From assembly GCF_003334765.1 (NCBI RefSeq), contig NZ_QOWT01000002.1: a stretch of 64,000 nucleotides of DNA; one strand, written 5' to 3'. Under the pieces are notes generated by a model. That model searched no databases and was not told where the DNA came from. It saw only the letters and a program-made list of their open reading frames with translations. Of this stretch, positions 49,863 through 61,366 are shown piece by piece (the first letter of the stretch is position 1; every line of letters starts with the position of its first letter). The position numbers and the translations under genes were made by a program. The DNA comes from Escherichia coli. GTDB lineage: Bacteria > Pseudomonadota > Gammaproteobacteria > Enterobacterales > Enterobacteriaceae.

Positions 49863-50411
49863 TTATTCAGTTTCAACGCGTTCGCGTATCACCACTGCGG
49901 GATTCCCCCGGCAAACCACATTTGCCGGAAGCGTTTTAAAAACACTGCTTCGTGCACCCACGACGGTGCCGTCGCCAATCGTGACGCCAGGGGCAACAAA
50001 AACATCGGTTGCCAGCCAGCATTTCTCGCCAATCACAATAGGCGTAGCATTAATGGTGAAATGTTGACTTGCATGGTCGTGGCTACCGGTGCATAAATAA
50101 CTTTTTTGCGATATCACCGAATGTGCGCCAATGGTTATTTCACCGAGGGTATATAAATTGACGTCATCGCCGACCCACGCGTAATCACCTAAGGTTAATT
50201 TCCACGGATAGGTAATTTTTACTGACGGACGAATAACTACGTTTTTTCCTATTTTTGCGCCGAATAAACGTAATAAAAATGCCCGCCAGCGATACAATAC
50301 TTGTGGCGACCAGGCAAATATTGTTGCCTGTACTGCCCACCATAATTGCACTTTAATAGCGTTGCCGCCCCGGAACCCTTTCGGCACCGAGAAACCGCTT
50401 AAATCTTGCAT
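49863..50411 (-). CDS. wcaF: Colanic acid acetyltransferase WcaF
   Basis: 182-aa hexapeptide-repeat ORF. Confidence 0.9.
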   Translation of the reverse strand: MQDLSGFSVPKGFRGGNAIKVQLWWAVQATIFAWSPQVLYRWRAFLLRLFGAKIGKNVVIRPSVKITYPWKLTLGDYAWVGDDVNLYTLGEITIGAHSVISQKSYLCTGSHDHASQHFTINATPIVIGEKCWLATDVFVAPGVTIGDGTVVGARSSVFKTLPANVVCRGNPAVVIRERVETE

Positions 50412-50426
50412 TGGTTCTCCTTATAT

Positions 50427-51173
50427 TCAGACTTTGTTATATAAGGCTTTCGTCTTTGAGGTAGTACGTTGGCGTAAATGCCAGGATAATTCAGCCCAAA
50501 AGCCAGGTACATGTAATATTTGTCGTTGGACTTTTTTCGCGTCAGCACACAATTCCATATTATTGGTGGTAGATACCCCACCCATGGAAAATTCAGACAC
50601 CAGGCCATTGAGTTTTTTAAATGCATAACCGGCTTTATACATTTTGGCTGCCAGCGCGTAGTCGGAAGAAACTTTATACTCCAGGTCATAACGCCATTTT
50701 TTCAAGCCGGATACAGGGAAAAATATCGCCTGATGACTGGCGGGCAGGCTGTGATAAATATACCAGCCCGGTTTGGCGCTACGTTTAATTTTATGCCCGT
50801 CGCCAAAATCCAGCAGCGCATCGCCGGTGATCATCATGTTATCTTTTTGCATTTTTAACTTACGGACAAAATTTGCGGCATCCTGATGAAAAATATCGCC
50901 CGAATTGAGAAACAACGCGAACTTGCCTTGTGCCATCGTAATGCCTTTGTTCATGGCGTCGTAGATACCGTTATCTGGCTCGCTGACAAAGCGTAGGTTA
51001 TAGATACCATTGAGATTTTCCAGATACTCACGGGTGCCGTCATTGGAACCGCCATCGACAACAATCCATTCGAAGCTGATATCTTCCGCCAGCGCCAGAT
51101 GCGCCAGCGAGGCATGTGTTTTGACTATCCCTTCGAGGTTACGAAACGCGACAGTGATTATGCTAAGCAACAT
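50427..51173 (-). CDS. wcaE: Colanic acid glycosyltransferase WcaE
   Basis: 248-aa GT2 ORF. Confidence 0.9.
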   Translation of the reverse strand: MLLSIITVAFRNLEGIVKTHASLAHLALAEDISFEWIVVDGGSNDGTREYLENLNGIYNLRFVSEPDNGIYDAMNKGITMAQGKFALFLNSGDIFHQDAANFVRKLKMQKDNMMITGDALLDFGDGHKIKRSAKPGWYIYHSLPASHQAIFFPVSGLKKWRYDLEYKVSSDYALAAKMYKAGYAFKKLNGLVSEFSMGGVSTTNNMELCADAKKVQRQILHVPGFWAELSWHLRQRTTSKTKALYNKV

Positions 51174-51183
51174 GTTCTTATTC

Positions 51184-52401
51184 TTACCTCGTAATATTTA
51201 ACGCTTTTCGCAAAATAAACGGACAGACGATTAAAAATGCATATTCCGGGCTAAATATCGAACCGGTAAAAAACAGCGACACCGGAGTAAAAAGATATAA
51301 TTGCACGCGAAAATTGCGGTTATCACCAAAAGCGTTGATCATCATTTTTATCACTTTCCCCATGTACCACAGCGATAAAAACACTGCGAACCAGGAAAAA
51401 TAAATAATCAGCAGATACAAACCATTGTCTATGGTTTTTCCGACATCCGCACCGTTAAATATTCCGAATGATGCGACATATTCATAAAGTGAGCCAAATC
51501 TGACTACACCGTCAATATGGGTCAAAGAATAACCGACCATTACCAGCGGACCGACAATACGATAATACGATGACGATCCTTCCGTACCTAAATCGCCCAG
51601 ACGGGTGGAAATATAAGGAAACGCGATTACCACACCAACCAGGAATACAGCCAGAGAAATCAATGCTAACGGCAACTTTTTCTTAATCGCCTCTTTATTC
51701 AGATATTGAAATGCCCACTCCAGCAAATAAAACAGGATAAAGGTCATAACCCCTGAAAACGATCCGGATAATATTATCCCTGCGAGAATCATAGCATCGG
51801 TTTTAGGCGTTTTGATACCAAACTGTTTGATGCTGAGCCAAATTGAGATTAATGCCAGAGCGAAAAATGCCGGTTCGAAATAAAGTGCTGTCGTGCGCTT
51901 GCCGCCGAATTTAATGAAATTCAGCACATAGCTGTTGCTGTAAATCAGATATTTCGAAATCGACTCCATAATACTGCTGCCACCGGTGAGGATAATTTGC
52001 GCCATCTCCACTGCCGCCAGCGCCACCACCAGCCCGACCACCAGATAAAAGAAACGTAATATCTTGCGATGGTTGTGTGGCGAAATCGTTTTAAAGCGAA
52101 TACTCCACACCATGCCAATAATGATCACAATATAGACAAACAGCATGGTTGAAGTGACGTATTTACTGGCATCCAACGACTGACCAAACAGATAGTTGAA
52201 CGCCGTGAGTCCCGCACCAATCCCTAAGGCAATCATCAATTTTTTAACGCTGATGCGTTCTAAAAACAGCAGTAACAAGACAGGTAAAAAAGTGACGATA
52301 GTGATGGGGAAACTTTCACCAAGCTGGGCGATTTTGACGTTAACCAGCAGGTAGATCAGCGGCAGCAGCAGGTAGCTACAGATTCTGATAGAAGTTGACA
52401 T
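51184..52401 (-). CDS. wcaD: Colanic acid polymerase WcaD
   Basis: ORF 51184..52473; likely start [19 protein letters not shown] at 52401; polytopic membrane protein. Confidence 0.85.
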   Translation of the reverse strand: MSTSIRICSYLLLPLIYLLVNVKIAQLGESFPITIVTFLPVLLLLFLERISVKKLMIALGIGAGLTAFNYLFGQSLDASKYVTSTMLFVYIVIIIGMVWSIRFKTISPHNHRKILRFFYLVVGLVVALAAVEMAQIILTGGSSIMESISKYLIYSNSYVLNFIKFGGKRTTALYFEPAFFALALISIWLSIKQFGIKTPKTDAMILAGIILSGSFSGVMTFILFYLLEWAFQYLNKEAIKKKLPLALISLAVFLVGVVIAFPYISTRLGDLGTEGSSSYYRIVGPLVMVGYSLTHIDGVVRFGSLYEYVASFGIFNGADVGKTIDNGLYLLIIYFSWFAVFLSLWYMGKVIKMMINAFGDNRNFRVQLYLFTPVSLFFTGSIFSPEYAFLIVCPFILRKALNITR

Positions 52402-53593
52402 ACTCCTCCAGCATCTGTTGTCCACTGTAGGCGGCGCGGCTGCGTTGGCTGAACTCAGCCAGCGTGGTACCAAATATCGCCTGCGCGATTTCCGGTTTGC
52501 TTAACTGCACCAGTTGCAGCACCTCTTCTTCACTGACGGTTTTACCACCGGATTTTTGCAGCACTTCCCGCGCCGCATCGCTATGGGTGGCGATCACCGG
52601 CACGCCAATCGATAGCGCCTCACACAAAATCAGCGGGTAGTTATCGACGCGAGAACTGAACACCAGCGCATCCATTTGATTGAGCGCGCTCATCAACTTG
52701 CGCTTGTCAGTTTCAAAGCCGTGATTAACCACGTTGCCAGCGGTGAACGGCGAGAACTTACCAAAGGTATGCAGTTCAATTTTGTCGCCCAGCGCCATCA
52801 TCTCACGCACCAGTTGCTGGTTAGTCTTGCCGTCGTAACGCAGGTCATGCGCCACCACCGCGATTTTCGGCTTGCCCTGGGTTTCGCGCACCGGAGGCAA
52901 GTCCGCCAGAATCGCTTCGGTTGCCATATCAATACCATTATTGATAATCCGGCAACGCCCTGGCCCGTACAGACTATTGAAAGCGTCAGCCACATGCTGG
53001 CTGGGGGAAATAAACTGACAGCCCAGCGCCAGCATCTCGCGGAATAACTGGCGTTTGCCCGCCACCAGCTGGTGCGCCCGATCAATCTTCACCGGCGGAT
53101 AGTTATTTAAGGTCGGGCATTTCTGGCAGCCCGTTTTCCAGCCTTCGCAACCGTCGGTAAAGGCGCAGCGTCCGGTAACGCTCCAGTGATCGTGCAGCGT
53201 CCAGACCAGAGTGGCGTCCGGTTTATGGTTTTTCACCTTTTCGCAAAAGCGCACCACGCTGTTAAGATTCAACCAGTAGCTGTGCAGCACATGAAAATGC
53301 AGGACCACCGGACCCGGTGTGCGAGTAATGGTGCGATATAACTCATTGAAATTGCCGAACAGATCGCGATTAAACAGACGAAACAGGGCAATGTTCGCCA
53401 TCGCGGTCATCCGCGGCGTATGTTTGATGACCTGCGGATAGTTTTGATGGCTGACGCTCTCTTTGCCGCCTTTGCCGTAACCGTAGACAAAATGTGACGC
53501 CAGCCCCTGTTGCAGCGCACGCTGGTGGAGATCTAACGCCACACCTGCTGCCCCGCCTTCCGCCAGTCGCACATTAAATTGCAAAATATTCAT
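52376..53593 (-). CDS. wcaC: Colanic acid glycosyltransferase WcaC
   Basis: 405-aa GT4-type ORF. Confidence 0.9.
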   Translation of the reverse strand: MNILQFNVRLAEGGAAGVALDLHQRALQQGLASHFVYGYGKGGKESVSHQNYPQVIKHTPRMTAMANIALFRLFNRDLFGNFNELYRTITRTPGPVVLHFHVLHSYWLNLNSVVRFCEKVKNHKPDATLVWTLHDHWSVTGRCAFTDGCEGWKTGCQKCPTLNNYPPVKIDRAHQLVAGKRQLFREMLALGCQFISPSQHVADAFNSLYGPGRCRIINNGIDMATEAILADLPPVRETQGKPKIAVVAHDLRYDGKTNQQLVREMMALGDKIELHTFGKFSPFTAGNVVNHGFETDKRKLMSALNQMDALVFSSRVDNYPLILCEALSIGVPVIATHSDAAREVLQKSGGKTVSEEEVLQLVQLSKPEIAQAIFGTTLAEFSQRSRAAYSGQQMLEEYVNFYQNL

Positions 53594-54078
53594 TTAATTA
53601 CCTTCACTCGCGCTTTTTCTCCCACCACCAGCGCGTTGTCCGGGACAGAGTCGAGCACCACGCTGCCCGCACCCACGGTGACGTTGTTACCAAGCGTGAT
53701 ATCACCAAGAATAATGACGTTGGCACCGAGTTCGACGCCGTTGCCAATGTGTGGACATGCCATGTTATCGGCACCACGATTGCCGATAGTGACGCCGTGG
53801 CGAATGGTGAAATCATCCCCCGCCACCACGTTTTTATTGATCACTACGGCGTAACCGTGATGGATAGTAAAGCGGCGGCCAATGGTCGCGGCGGCCTGGA
53901 TTTCATAACCGAAAAAGCATTCGGTGATAATGCGATACAGCACCAGCAGCGGGGCCGCCCACAGATTGTTGAGGACGTTCTTTTTGCGCCACACCGAACA
54001 AAAATGAGCAACGCGATAGGCAAGAACCATGCAGCACGGGCGTAAACTCCAGCTGTTGGCGCGCAGATCTTCCAGCAT
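53590..54078 (-). CDS. wcaB: Colanic acid acetyltransferase WcaB
   Basis: 162-aa hexapeptide-repeat ORF. Confidence 0.9.
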   Translation of the reverse strand: MLEDLRANSWSLRPCCMVLAYRVAHFCSVWRKKNVLNNLWAAPLLVLYRIITECFFGYEIQAAATIGRRFTIHHGYAVVINKNVVAGDDFTIRHGVTIGNRGADNMACPHIGNGVELGANVIILGDITLGNNVTVGAGSVVLDSVPDNALVVGEKARVKVIK

Positions 54079-54080
54079 CT

Positions 54081-54920
54081 TTAGCGCCCCCGAATACCAT
54101 CAGCCAGACGTTTGCCGTTACGCACCGACAGCAGCGTCAGCAAAGTGCGCCAGGTCATACGTTTATTGCGGATCTGGTAGAGGGTAAACAGCTGATATTT
54201 TTTGCTTGCACGGTCAAATTTATCTTTGTGCTTGCGGTAAAAGTGGAAGTACCCGGAGAATTTTTTCGGTGACGAGGTGATCTGCATTTCACCGTGATTG
54301 ATATGCAGGATCTGCGTCGCCTCTTCCACTTTCCACGGTTCGCCATACTCCACCACCATCCGCAGGAAGATGTCGTAATCCTGTGCTGCTTTCAGTTCGG
54401 TATCGAACAAGCACTCTTTGAAACGCCACGCCCAGGTAAAAACCTGATTGCCAATGATATTGCGTTTATAGAACAGGCGGCGTGAGTACGGCGATTTGGG
54501 ATACAGTGGTAAGCTTGCTGGTTGGGAATAAACTTCTCCCTGGCATACGTAGTCGTTAGCGTACAAAAAGGCGTGAGTGACCAGTTGCTGTTTATGGGCG
54601 AGGAAGACGCTCAGGCGGTTGGGCGTCCATTCATCATCGTCATCGATCCCGGTAATGTATTCCCCTTGCGCCAGCATAATCGCCTGGTTACGTACCGCGC
54701 ACGCCCCGCTGTTAATGTCGTTGTGAATGTAGGTAATACGCGGATCGTTGAGGGCAGTGACGTACTGTTGCAGTTGTTCCCAGGAGGTGGAGCAATCATC
54801 CACGATGATCATCTCCCAGTTGCTGTAGTCCTGGCGCAGGACCGATTTTATCGCCCGAATCGCCAGTTGTTGGCGGTTCCAGGTCGGCATATAGATTGAA
54901 ATCAGCGGATTGTCTTTCAT
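54081..54920 (-). CDS. wcaA: Colanic acid glycosyltransferase WcaA
   Basis: 279-aa GT2 ORF (SIYMPTWNRQQ). Confidence 0.9.
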   Translation of the reverse strand: MKDNPLISIYMPTWNRQQLAIRAIKSVLRQDYSNWEMIIVDDCSTSWEQLQQYVTALNDPRITYIHNDINSGACAVRNQAIMLAQGEYITGIDDDDEWTPNRLSVFLAHKQQLVTHAFLYANDYVCQGEVYSQPASLPLYPKSPYSRRLFYKRNIIGNQVFTWAWRFKECLFDTELKAAQDYDIFLRMVVEYGEPWKVEEATQILHINHGEMQITSSPKKFSGYFHFYRKHKDKFDRASKKYQLFTLYQIRNKRMTWRTLLTLLSVRNGKRLADGIRGR

Positions 54921-54983
54921 AGGTTGTTCTCCCGGAGTGTCGAGATGTTCTGCCGGTTTATAAGCTTGTTTACGGGTTCTGTT

Positions 54984-55085
54984 GCCGGATGCGGCGTGAG
55001 CGCCTTATCCGGCCTACGGAGCTGGTTTGCTTGCCGGATGCGGCGTGAAGGTAGGTCGGATAAGATGCGTCAGCATCGCATCCGA
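54984..55085. repeat. REP / BIME palindromic elements between wcaA and wzc
   Basis: GCCGGATGCGGCGTGAGCGCCTTATCCGGCCTAC and GCCGGATGCGGCGTGAAGGTAGGTCGGATAAGATGCGTCAGCATCGCATCCGAC. Confidence 0.8.
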
Positions 55086-55097
55086 CAGCGGATGTCG

Positions 55098-57260
55098 TTA
55101 TTTCGCATCCGACTTATATTCGTATTCGTAATAGCCATAATCCTGATACGCGCTGGCGCGGCGGAAGATGGAGTTCAGAATCACCCCTTTCACCGGAATA
55201 CCGTTTTGCTCAAAGCGGCTCAGACTGGTTTCCACTTCTTTCAAGGTGTTGACCGCATAACGCGCCACCATTAACGTGGTTCCGACATGACGACCAACAA
55301 TTGCCGCATCGGTCACTGCCAGAATCGGCGGCGTATCAATCAACACCAGGTCATAGTTTTTACTCGCCCAGTTCACCAGTTCGGCAAAGCGTTCGCTCAT
55401 CAACAGTTCAGAAGGATTTGGCGGCACCTGACCGCGCGGGATCAGGTCAAATTTGGCAATAGAGGTCGGTTTAGCAGCGGTAGTAATATCGCCCTGACCA
55501 ATCAGAATTTCCGACAGGCCATTAACGTTATTAGTGCCCAGCAGCTCGTGGGTGTAGCCTTTGCGCATATCGCAGTCGATCAACAACACCCGTTTATTGG
55601 TCTGGCTGATCACCGCCGCCAGGTTGGCGCAGACAAAGGTTTTACCGATTGACGGGCTAACCCCGGTCATCATCAACACATTGTTCTGTGCCTGCATCAT
55701 CGCGAAGTGCAGACTGGTACGCAGACTGCGGATGGCTTCAATCGCCAGATCGGTTGGATTCCCCATCGCCAGTAGCTGGCTCTGTTTATAGCGTTTAATC
55801 CCTTTGATGGTTTTGACGCTATCGCGCGCTTTCTGCCATTCCGACAGCGGGATGCTGGCATAGACGCTGATACCGTGTTCTTCCAGCACCTGCGGGCTTT
55901 CGATGCCGCGATTAAACAACGAGCGCAGCAGCACACCCACGATAGAAAGCATCAGGCCAAGGATAATCGCGCCGAGGATAATCAGCCCTTTCTTCGGTTT
56001 CAGCACGCCAGGCTGGGTGATTGCCGGGTCAACAATGCGCACATCGCCGACGGTGCTGGCTTCGGTGATTTTCAGCTCCTGCTCTTTATTCAGCAGTTGC
56101 ATATAGACCTGCTGACCAGACTCGACATCGCGGGTCAGACGGACAATTTCCTGCTGGGTTTTCGGCATCGCCGTTACGCGACCATTAAGTTTGGCTTTTT
56201 CGTCTTCCAGCGCCTGACGTTTCTCCAGCAGCGTGCGGTACGCGGGGTGAACTTTGGTGTACAGCTTGGAGATTTCCGCCTCTTTAAAGGTCAGTTCGTT
56301 CAACTGCGCGTCGATGTTCACCATCGAATCGAGCACCGCTTTCGCTTCCAGCGGCAGATCAACAGAATCTTTATCCTGACGGAAGGCATTCAGTTTGTTT
56401 TCGGCAACATCGAGGCGGCTACGTACTTCCGGTAACTGTTGCGCGAGGAAAGCGAGGCTTTTCGACGCTTCCGCCGATTTGCGCTCAATATTTTGTTCCT
56501 GATAGTTACGGGCGATGCTGTTAAGAATGTCGCGGATCTGTTCGCGATCTTCACCGGTATAAGTCAGGCTCAGTACGCCTGCGTCTTTGCCGTTCTCCGT
56601 TACCGTCAGGCTGTTTTGCAGTTGGTTGATCATCCCCAACGTGGAGTATTTGGTGACGGTAAACTCACTGCCCGGGCGGGCGTGAATGGCTTCAACCATC
56701 AGCGTGACGCCTTCTTTTTTCAGCATCTGGCCCGCTTGCCCACGGGCGCTAAAGCCGCCATCACTGCTCAGAGTGTAGTTTTTGTCATCCAGCACATTAA
56801 GCGTAAACACCTGGTCCGCCATCTCTTTCGGGCGGTTAAAGGTGGTCACTTTCACCGTCTCGTTCTGACGTCCCATCAGGCGATCCCAACCCGCACCGAA
56901 AATCGGGAACGTGTTTTTGCTCACCGCAATATCGAGGTCTAGATCGTCCACCGTTTTACCAAGCACCAGACGCGAACGAATCAACTGGATCTCGGCGTCC
57001 GATGCAGGCGGTTTGTTGGCTAATGCCGAGCCAATGTCCTGCACTAACGAATTGCCGCTGTTTTGTTCGATTTGTACCAGTGCGTCGGCACTATAAATCG
57101 GCGTGGCGAAGAAAGTGTAAACCACAGCACAGAGGGCAAATACAGCGGTGATGCCAATCACCCACCAGCGCGCTTCAATGACGGTGCCGACCAGGCGACC
57201 AATATCGATTTCATCACTGCCCGTTACCGGAGCGGCATGTTGTTTTACTTTTTCTGTCAT
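55098..57260 (-). CDS. wzc: Tyrosine autokinase / polysaccharide co-polymerase
   Basis: ORF 55098..57296; start MTEKVKQ at 57260; Walker A (GKT) and C-terminal Tyr-rich tail (YQDYGYYEYEYKSDAK). Confidence 0.95.
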   Translation of the reverse strand: MTEKVKQHAAPVTGSDEIDIGRLVGTVIEARWWVIGITAVFALCAVVYTFFATPIYSADALVQIEQNSGNSLVQDIGSALANKPPASDAEIQLIRSRLVLGKTVDDLDLDIAVSKNTFPIFGAGWDRLMGRQNETVKVTTFNRPKEMADQVFTLNVLDDKNYTLSSDGGFSARGQAGQMLKKEGVTLMVEAIHARPGSEFTVTKYSTLGMINQLQNSLTVTENGKDAGVLSLTYTGEDREQIRDILNSIARNYQEQNIERKSAEASKSLAFLAQQLPEVRSRLDVAENKLNAFRQDKDSVDLPLEAKAVLDSMVNIDAQLNELTFKEAEISKLYTKVHPAYRTLLEKRQALEDEKAKLNGRVTAMPKTQQEIVRLTRDVESGQQVYMQLLNKEQELKITEASTVGDVRIVDPAITQPGVLKPKKGLIILGAIILGLMLSIVGVLLRSLFNRGIESPQVLEEHGISVYASIPLSEWQKARDSVKTIKGIKRYKQSQLLAMGNPTDLAIEAIRSLRTSLHFAMMQAQNNVLMMTGVSPSIGKTFVCANLAAVISQTNKRVLLIDCDMRKGYTHELLGTNNVNGLSEILIGQGDITTAAKPTSIAKFDLIPRGQVPPNPSELLMSERFAELVNWASKNYDLVLIDTPPILAVTDAAIVGRHVGTTLMVARYAVNTLKEVETSLSRFEQNGIPVKGVILNSIFRRASAYQDYGYYEYEYKSDAK

Positions 57261-57262
57261 TC

Positions 57263-57706
57263 TTATACCTGCTCTGCGTTCAATGCCTGCGCCCACTGGC
57301 GGGCAGACCGTTCAAGTAATGTGTACACCGCTGCAAACGTTTCCCGGCTTTTGCGATACGGATCGGGGATTTCACATTCGTTATCCCAGTGACCAAACAG
57401 CATCACTTTGCCGCGCATCTCAGGTGCCATCTCGCATAAGCGTTCGATATGGCGCTTTTCCATGGTCAAAATCAGGTCATAGTTGCGACACAGGCGGCGG
57501 CTGATTTGCCGTGCACAGTGACCTTCCAGAGACAGTTGATGTTCTGCGGCGACGCTGATAGCGGTAGGATTAGCGCCCTTACCGACCAGCGCGCCGAGTC
57601 CAGCGGACTCCACTTTCAGCTCCGGGTGATAACGTTGCAGTAAGCGTTCCGCCGTCGGGGAACGGCAAATATTGCCGACACAGACAACTAAGATGTTGTT
57701 AAACAT
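57263..57706 (-). CDS. wzb: Low-molecular-weight protein-tyrosine phosphatase
   Basis: 147-aa ORF with CVGNICRS P-loop. Confidence 0.95.
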   Translation of the reverse strand: MFNNILVVCVGNICRSPTAERLLQRYHPELKVESAGLGALVGKGANPTAISVAAEHQLSLEGHCARQISRRLCRNYDLILTMEKRHIERLCEMAPEMRGKVMLFGHWDNECEIPDPYRKSRETFAAVYTLLERSARQWAQALNAEQV

Positions 57707-57711
57707 GACGA

Positions 57712-58851
57712 TTACCAGTTATGAATGTCGCTGGCTGTATCCGTCATGTAACGGACACCGCTAATAGTTGGCAGCAACTGATTGATCAGACGGTTCCAGC
57801 GGGAAACCGGGGCGGTGGTGACATACACCACGTCATAAGGTTGCAGGCGGAATTCTGTCGCCATCACCAGCGACGTCGCATCGGACATATCCAGCTGGTA
57901 GATATTGGCAATCTTGCCGTTACGCCCGCCCTCGCCTTTCAGCGGACGAATGACAAAGATGCCGCTGGCGTTGGAGGTGGTCATGTCGATACCTTCGGCA
58001 TTGCCCAGGGCTTCAGTCAGGGTCATGCCGCTAAAGTCCATTTTCAGGGTGCTCTGTTTCTTCACTTCACCCATCACAAACACTTTCAGATCATCATTAC
58101 GCGGCACGTAGAGAATATCGCCGGGGTAAAGCAGTCGGTTCTGATTGAGGTCGCCGTTTTGCATCAGCGCCTGCAAAGAAATGCGTTCTTCACGACCATT
58201 GTGTGTTAGCACCACGTTGCGCCAGTCAGCGGTGTCGGTCAGGCCACCTGCGGCGTTGATGGCGTCGAGAATGGTCAGTGGTACGTTGGTGATCGCCTGT
58301 TGACCGGATTTATTCACCTGACCTGAGATATAGGCCTTTTGCGAGCGGAAGGCGGCGATATTAACATCCACCTGCGGGTCAGCGATGTACGTCGCTAAGC
58401 GCCCGGTAATATCACTGCGGATTTCAGCGAGCGTTTTCCCGACTACGTGGACCTTGCCGATATACGGGTAAAACATAGTGCCGTCAGGCTGTACCCAGTT
58501 GCCGGTGTCGCTGGAGCTGCGGTACTGACCGGCTGGCGTGGTGAGTTCCGGGTGATCCCAGACGGTGACATTCAGAACGTCGCCCGGCCCGACGCGATAC
58601 TGGTAATTCGCGATCTCACTTTCCAGCGTCATATTGGGGCGCGCTACATTCGGGCGTGGGCGTAATTGGTCAATCAGGCGCGGGGTCAGCGGATAAACAT
58701 TCACCATTTTGTCGAGATCGAAATCAGCGTCCTGCTGTTTGATGACGTCTTTGCCCATCGTCGACATATTGCTGCCCGGAAGTACTGTGCAACCGCTTAT
58801 CAAGGTTACTGACACCAATAATGGCATCAATTTCATTTTGGATTTCATCAT
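57712..58851 (-). CDS. wza: Outer-membrane polysaccharide export lipoprotein
   Basis: 379-aa ORF with lipobox (LISGCT). Confidence 0.95.
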   Translation of the reverse strand: MMKSKMKLMPLLVSVTLISGCTVLPGSNMSTMGKDVIKQQDADFDLDKMVNVYPLTPRLIDQLRPRPNVARPNMTLESEIANYQYRVGPGDVLNVTVWDHPELTTPAGQYRSSSDTGNWVQPDGTMFYPYIGKVHVVGKTLAEIRSDITGRLATYIADPQVDVNIAAFRSQKAYISGQVNKSGQQAITNVPLTILDAINAAGGLTDTADWRNVVLTHNGREERISLQALMQNGDLNQNRLLYPGDILYVPRNDDLKVFVMGEVKKQSTLKMDFSGMTLTEALGNAEGIDMTTSNASGIFVIRPLKGEGGRNGKIANIYQLDMSDATSLVMATEFRLQPYDVVYVTTAPVSRWNRLINQLLPTISGVRYMTDTASDIHNW

Positions 58852-59030
58852 TGTTTATTTATCACTTTGGCAGAGTAATTATCCTGTGCACTATTAATAG
58901 CAATGTCGCCATGCACATTTACCTTGCAGTTAATTGAATACAAATTTAACTGGCATCAGTCCTAAAAAAATTGATTTCATCCGCAGGCTATTGACAGAAT
59001 AATTCAGACTGGTCTTTCAGGCATCCAGAC

Positions 59031-59068
59031 ACGCTACCGCCCCTGGCTTTTTAGCTACCAATACACTG
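59031..59068 (-). promoter_or_regulatory. JUMPstart element with ops upstream of wza
   Basis: Minus strand reads CAGTGTATTGGTAGCTAAAAAGCCAGGGGCGGTAGCGTG. Confidence 0.85.
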
Positions 59069-59254
59069 ATTTAGCTTAATTTTTCAAACCCTCTCTGCAT
59101 ACAATCGTTGATGAGAAAGGGTTATTGCGGAAATTAACTTCCGAATATAAGGTGACATTATGGTAATTGAATATTGGCTCTCCAATAATGCAGGAGGAAG
59201 TGTTACAGCTAACGGAATAGCAGGCAAGGTAACAATTCGGCAATTGGCTATTTT

Positions 59255-59270
59255 TAAGAATTATATTAAG
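59255..59270. promoter_or_regulatory. Candidate RcsAB-box-like site upstream of the wza promoter region
   Basis: TAAGAATTATATTAAG loosely resembles the recalled RcsAB box consensus (TaAGaatatTCctA); not verified. Confidence 0.3.
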
Positions 59271-59509
59271 TGTCATTCAATATGGTTTTTAGGAGTTTCT
59301 TTAGGTTGACAATATTTAATATTGCGTCTCCACATGCGATATTTCTTAAATAATGTTTTATTATTACCACTTTTAATTCAGGGATAATGTGAGGTTATTA
59401 CCCTCAAATAATATGAGATAAATAGTGCTGCAACATTGCATTTTTGCCCCGATTTATCCATGATCGAATTGTGACATTTGTCATACAACGAATAGGTTTT
59501 GTACTTACT

Positions 59510-61093
59510 ATGGAATGGATTGCCGATCCGTCTATCTGGGCCGGGTTAATCACGCTGATTGTGATCGAACTGGTCCTCGGCATTGATAACCTGGTCTTTA
59601 TTGCCATCCTCGCCGAAAAACTACCGCCGAAGCAGCGCGACCGCGCACGGGTTACCGGGCTGCTGCTGGCGATGTTAATGCGCCTGTTACTGCTGGCGTC
59701 AATCTCCTGGCTGGTCACCCTGACTCAACCGCTGTTCAGCTTCCGCTCGTTTACCTTTAGCGCCCGCGACTTAATCATGCTGTTTGGTGGTTTCTTCCTG
59801 TTGTTCAAAGCCACGATGGAGCTGAACGAACGGCTGGAAGGGAAAGACAGCAATAATCCCACACAACGCAAAGGTGCGAAGTTCTGGGGCGTGGTGACGC
59901 AAATTGTGGTACTGGACGCCATTTTCTCACTCGACTCAGTGATTACCGCCGTCGGGATGGTCGACCATTTACTGGTCATGATGGCCGCCGTGGTTATCGC
60001 TATCAGCCTGATGTTGATGGCCAGCAAGCCGTTAACGCAATTTGTTAACAGTCACCCGACGATCGTTATTCTCTGCTTAAGCTTCCTGTTGATGATTGGC
60101 TTTAGCCTGGTGGCAGAAGGTTTCGGCTTCGTCATTCCGAAAGGCTACCTGTACGCTGCCATTGGTTTCTCGGTGATGATCGAGGCGCTCAATCAGTTGG
60201 CTATCTTTAACCGGCGACGTTTTCTTTCCGCTAACCAGACGCTGCGCCAGCGGACTACCGAAGCGGTAATGCGCCTGCTTAGCGGGCAAAAAGAAGATGC
60301 GGAACTGGACGCCGAAACCGCGTCCATGCTGGTGGATCATGGTAACCAGCAGATCTTTAATCCGCAGGAACGGCGGATGATTGAGCGGGTACTTAATCTT
60401 AACCAGCGTACCGTCAGCAGCATTATGACGTCGCGCCACGATATTGAGCATATCGATCTCAACGCGCCGGAAGACGAGATCCGCCAGTTACTGGAGCGAA
60501 ATCAGCATACGCGGCTGGTGGTTACCGACGGTGATGATGCAGAAGATTTGCTCGGTGTTGTTCACGTTATCGACCTGCTACAACAGTCACTGCGCGGCGA
60601 ACCGCTCAACCTGCGGGTGTTGATTCGCCAGCCGCTGGTGTTCCCGGAAACCTTGCCGTTGTTACCTGCCCTGGAGCAGTTCCGTAATGCCCGCACGCAC
60701 TTTGCTTTTGTGGTGGATGAGTTTGGCTCGGTGGAAGGGATTGTGACATTAAGTGACGTCACTGAAACCATTGCCGGTAACTTACCGAACGAAGTGGAAG
60801 AGATCGACGCCCGCCATGATATTCAGAAGAATGCGGACGGTTCCTGGACGGCGAATGGTCATATGCCGCTGGAAGATCTGGTGCAATATGTGCCGCTGCC
60901 GCTGGATGAAAAACGTGAATATCACACCATTGCCGGGCTGTTGATGGAGTATTTGCAACGTATTCCAAAACCTGGCGAAGAAGTTCAGGTGGGGGATTAT
61001 TTGCTTAAAACGTTGCAGGTGGAAAGCCATCGCGTGCAGAAGGTGCAGATTATTCCACTGCGTAAGGATGGCGAGATGGAGTACGAGGTGTGA
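59510..61093 (+). CDS. yegH: TerC-family membrane protein with CBS and CorC_HlyC domains
   Basis: ORF 59444..61093; likely start [35 protein letters not shown] at 59510. Confidence 0.9.
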   Translation: MEWIADPSIWAGLITLIVIELVLGIDNLVFIAILAEKLPPKQRDRARVTGLLLAMLMRLLLLASISWLVTLTQPLFSFRSFTFSARDLIMLFGGFFLLFKATMELNERLEGKDSNNPTQRKGAKFWGVVTQIVVLDAIFSLDSVITAVGMVDHLLVMMAAVVIAISLMLMASKPLTQFVNSHPTIVILCLSFLLMIGFSLVAEGFGFVIPKGYLYAAIGFSVMIEALNQLAIFNRRRFLSANQTLRQRTTEAVMRLLSGQKEDAELDAETASMLVDHGNQQIFNPQERRMIERVLNLNQRTVSSIMTSRHDIEHIDLNAPEDEIRQLLERNQHTRLVVTDGDDAEDLLGVVHVIDLLQQSLRGEPLNLRVLIRQPLVFPETLPLLPALEQFRNARTHFAFVVDEFGSVEGIVTLSDVTETIAGNLPNEVEEIDARHDIQKNADGSWTANGHMPLEDLVQYVPLPLDEKREYHTIAGLLMEYLQRIPKPGEEVQVGDYLLKTLQVESHRVQKVQIIPLRKDGEMEYEV

Positions 61094-61309
61094 TGGTATC
61101 GGTCATTTTACCCGATAGCCGAAAGGAATAAGATGAGGGAACCGCGCCAGCGGCGATTTACCGCCGGGAGCCCGGGTTGCCAGGGTGGTGGCGATTGAGC
61201 CACCCTGGCACGTTCACCGGCTTGAGCGTTCCATAGTAGTGAGGAACATCAAGTGAACGGAACAGCCTTCGATCTTACATATTCAGAATATAATGGTGCC
61301 GCCGCGAAC

Positions 61310-61346
61310 GCCTGATGCGACGCTTTACGCGTCTTATCAGGCCTAC
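61310..61346. repeat. REP element between yegH and asmA
   Basis: GCCTGATGCGACGCTTTACGCGTCTTATCAGGCCTAC. Confidence 0.75.
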
Positions 61347-61366
61347 AGGACAGGTCACCTGGTAAC

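Noticed and set aside
54984..55085. Palindromic repeats considered as a possible CRISPR array or transposon inverted repeats
   Set aside because: They are two REP/BIME copies with the typical GCCGGATGCGGCGTGA motif and no spacer-repeat periodicity; no cas genes or transposase in the window.
59076..59276. 66-aa minus-strand ORF in the wza-yegH spacer
   Set aside because: Sits in the regulatory spacer overlapping the JUMPstart region, with no RBS and low-complexity sequence; more likely non-coding.
61188..61218. Stem-loop (CCAGGGTGG...CCACCCTGG) downstream of yegH as a possible small RNA or terminator
   Set aside because: No flanking U-tract or promoter-like sequence; probably a REP-associated structure in the convergent yegH-asmA spacer.
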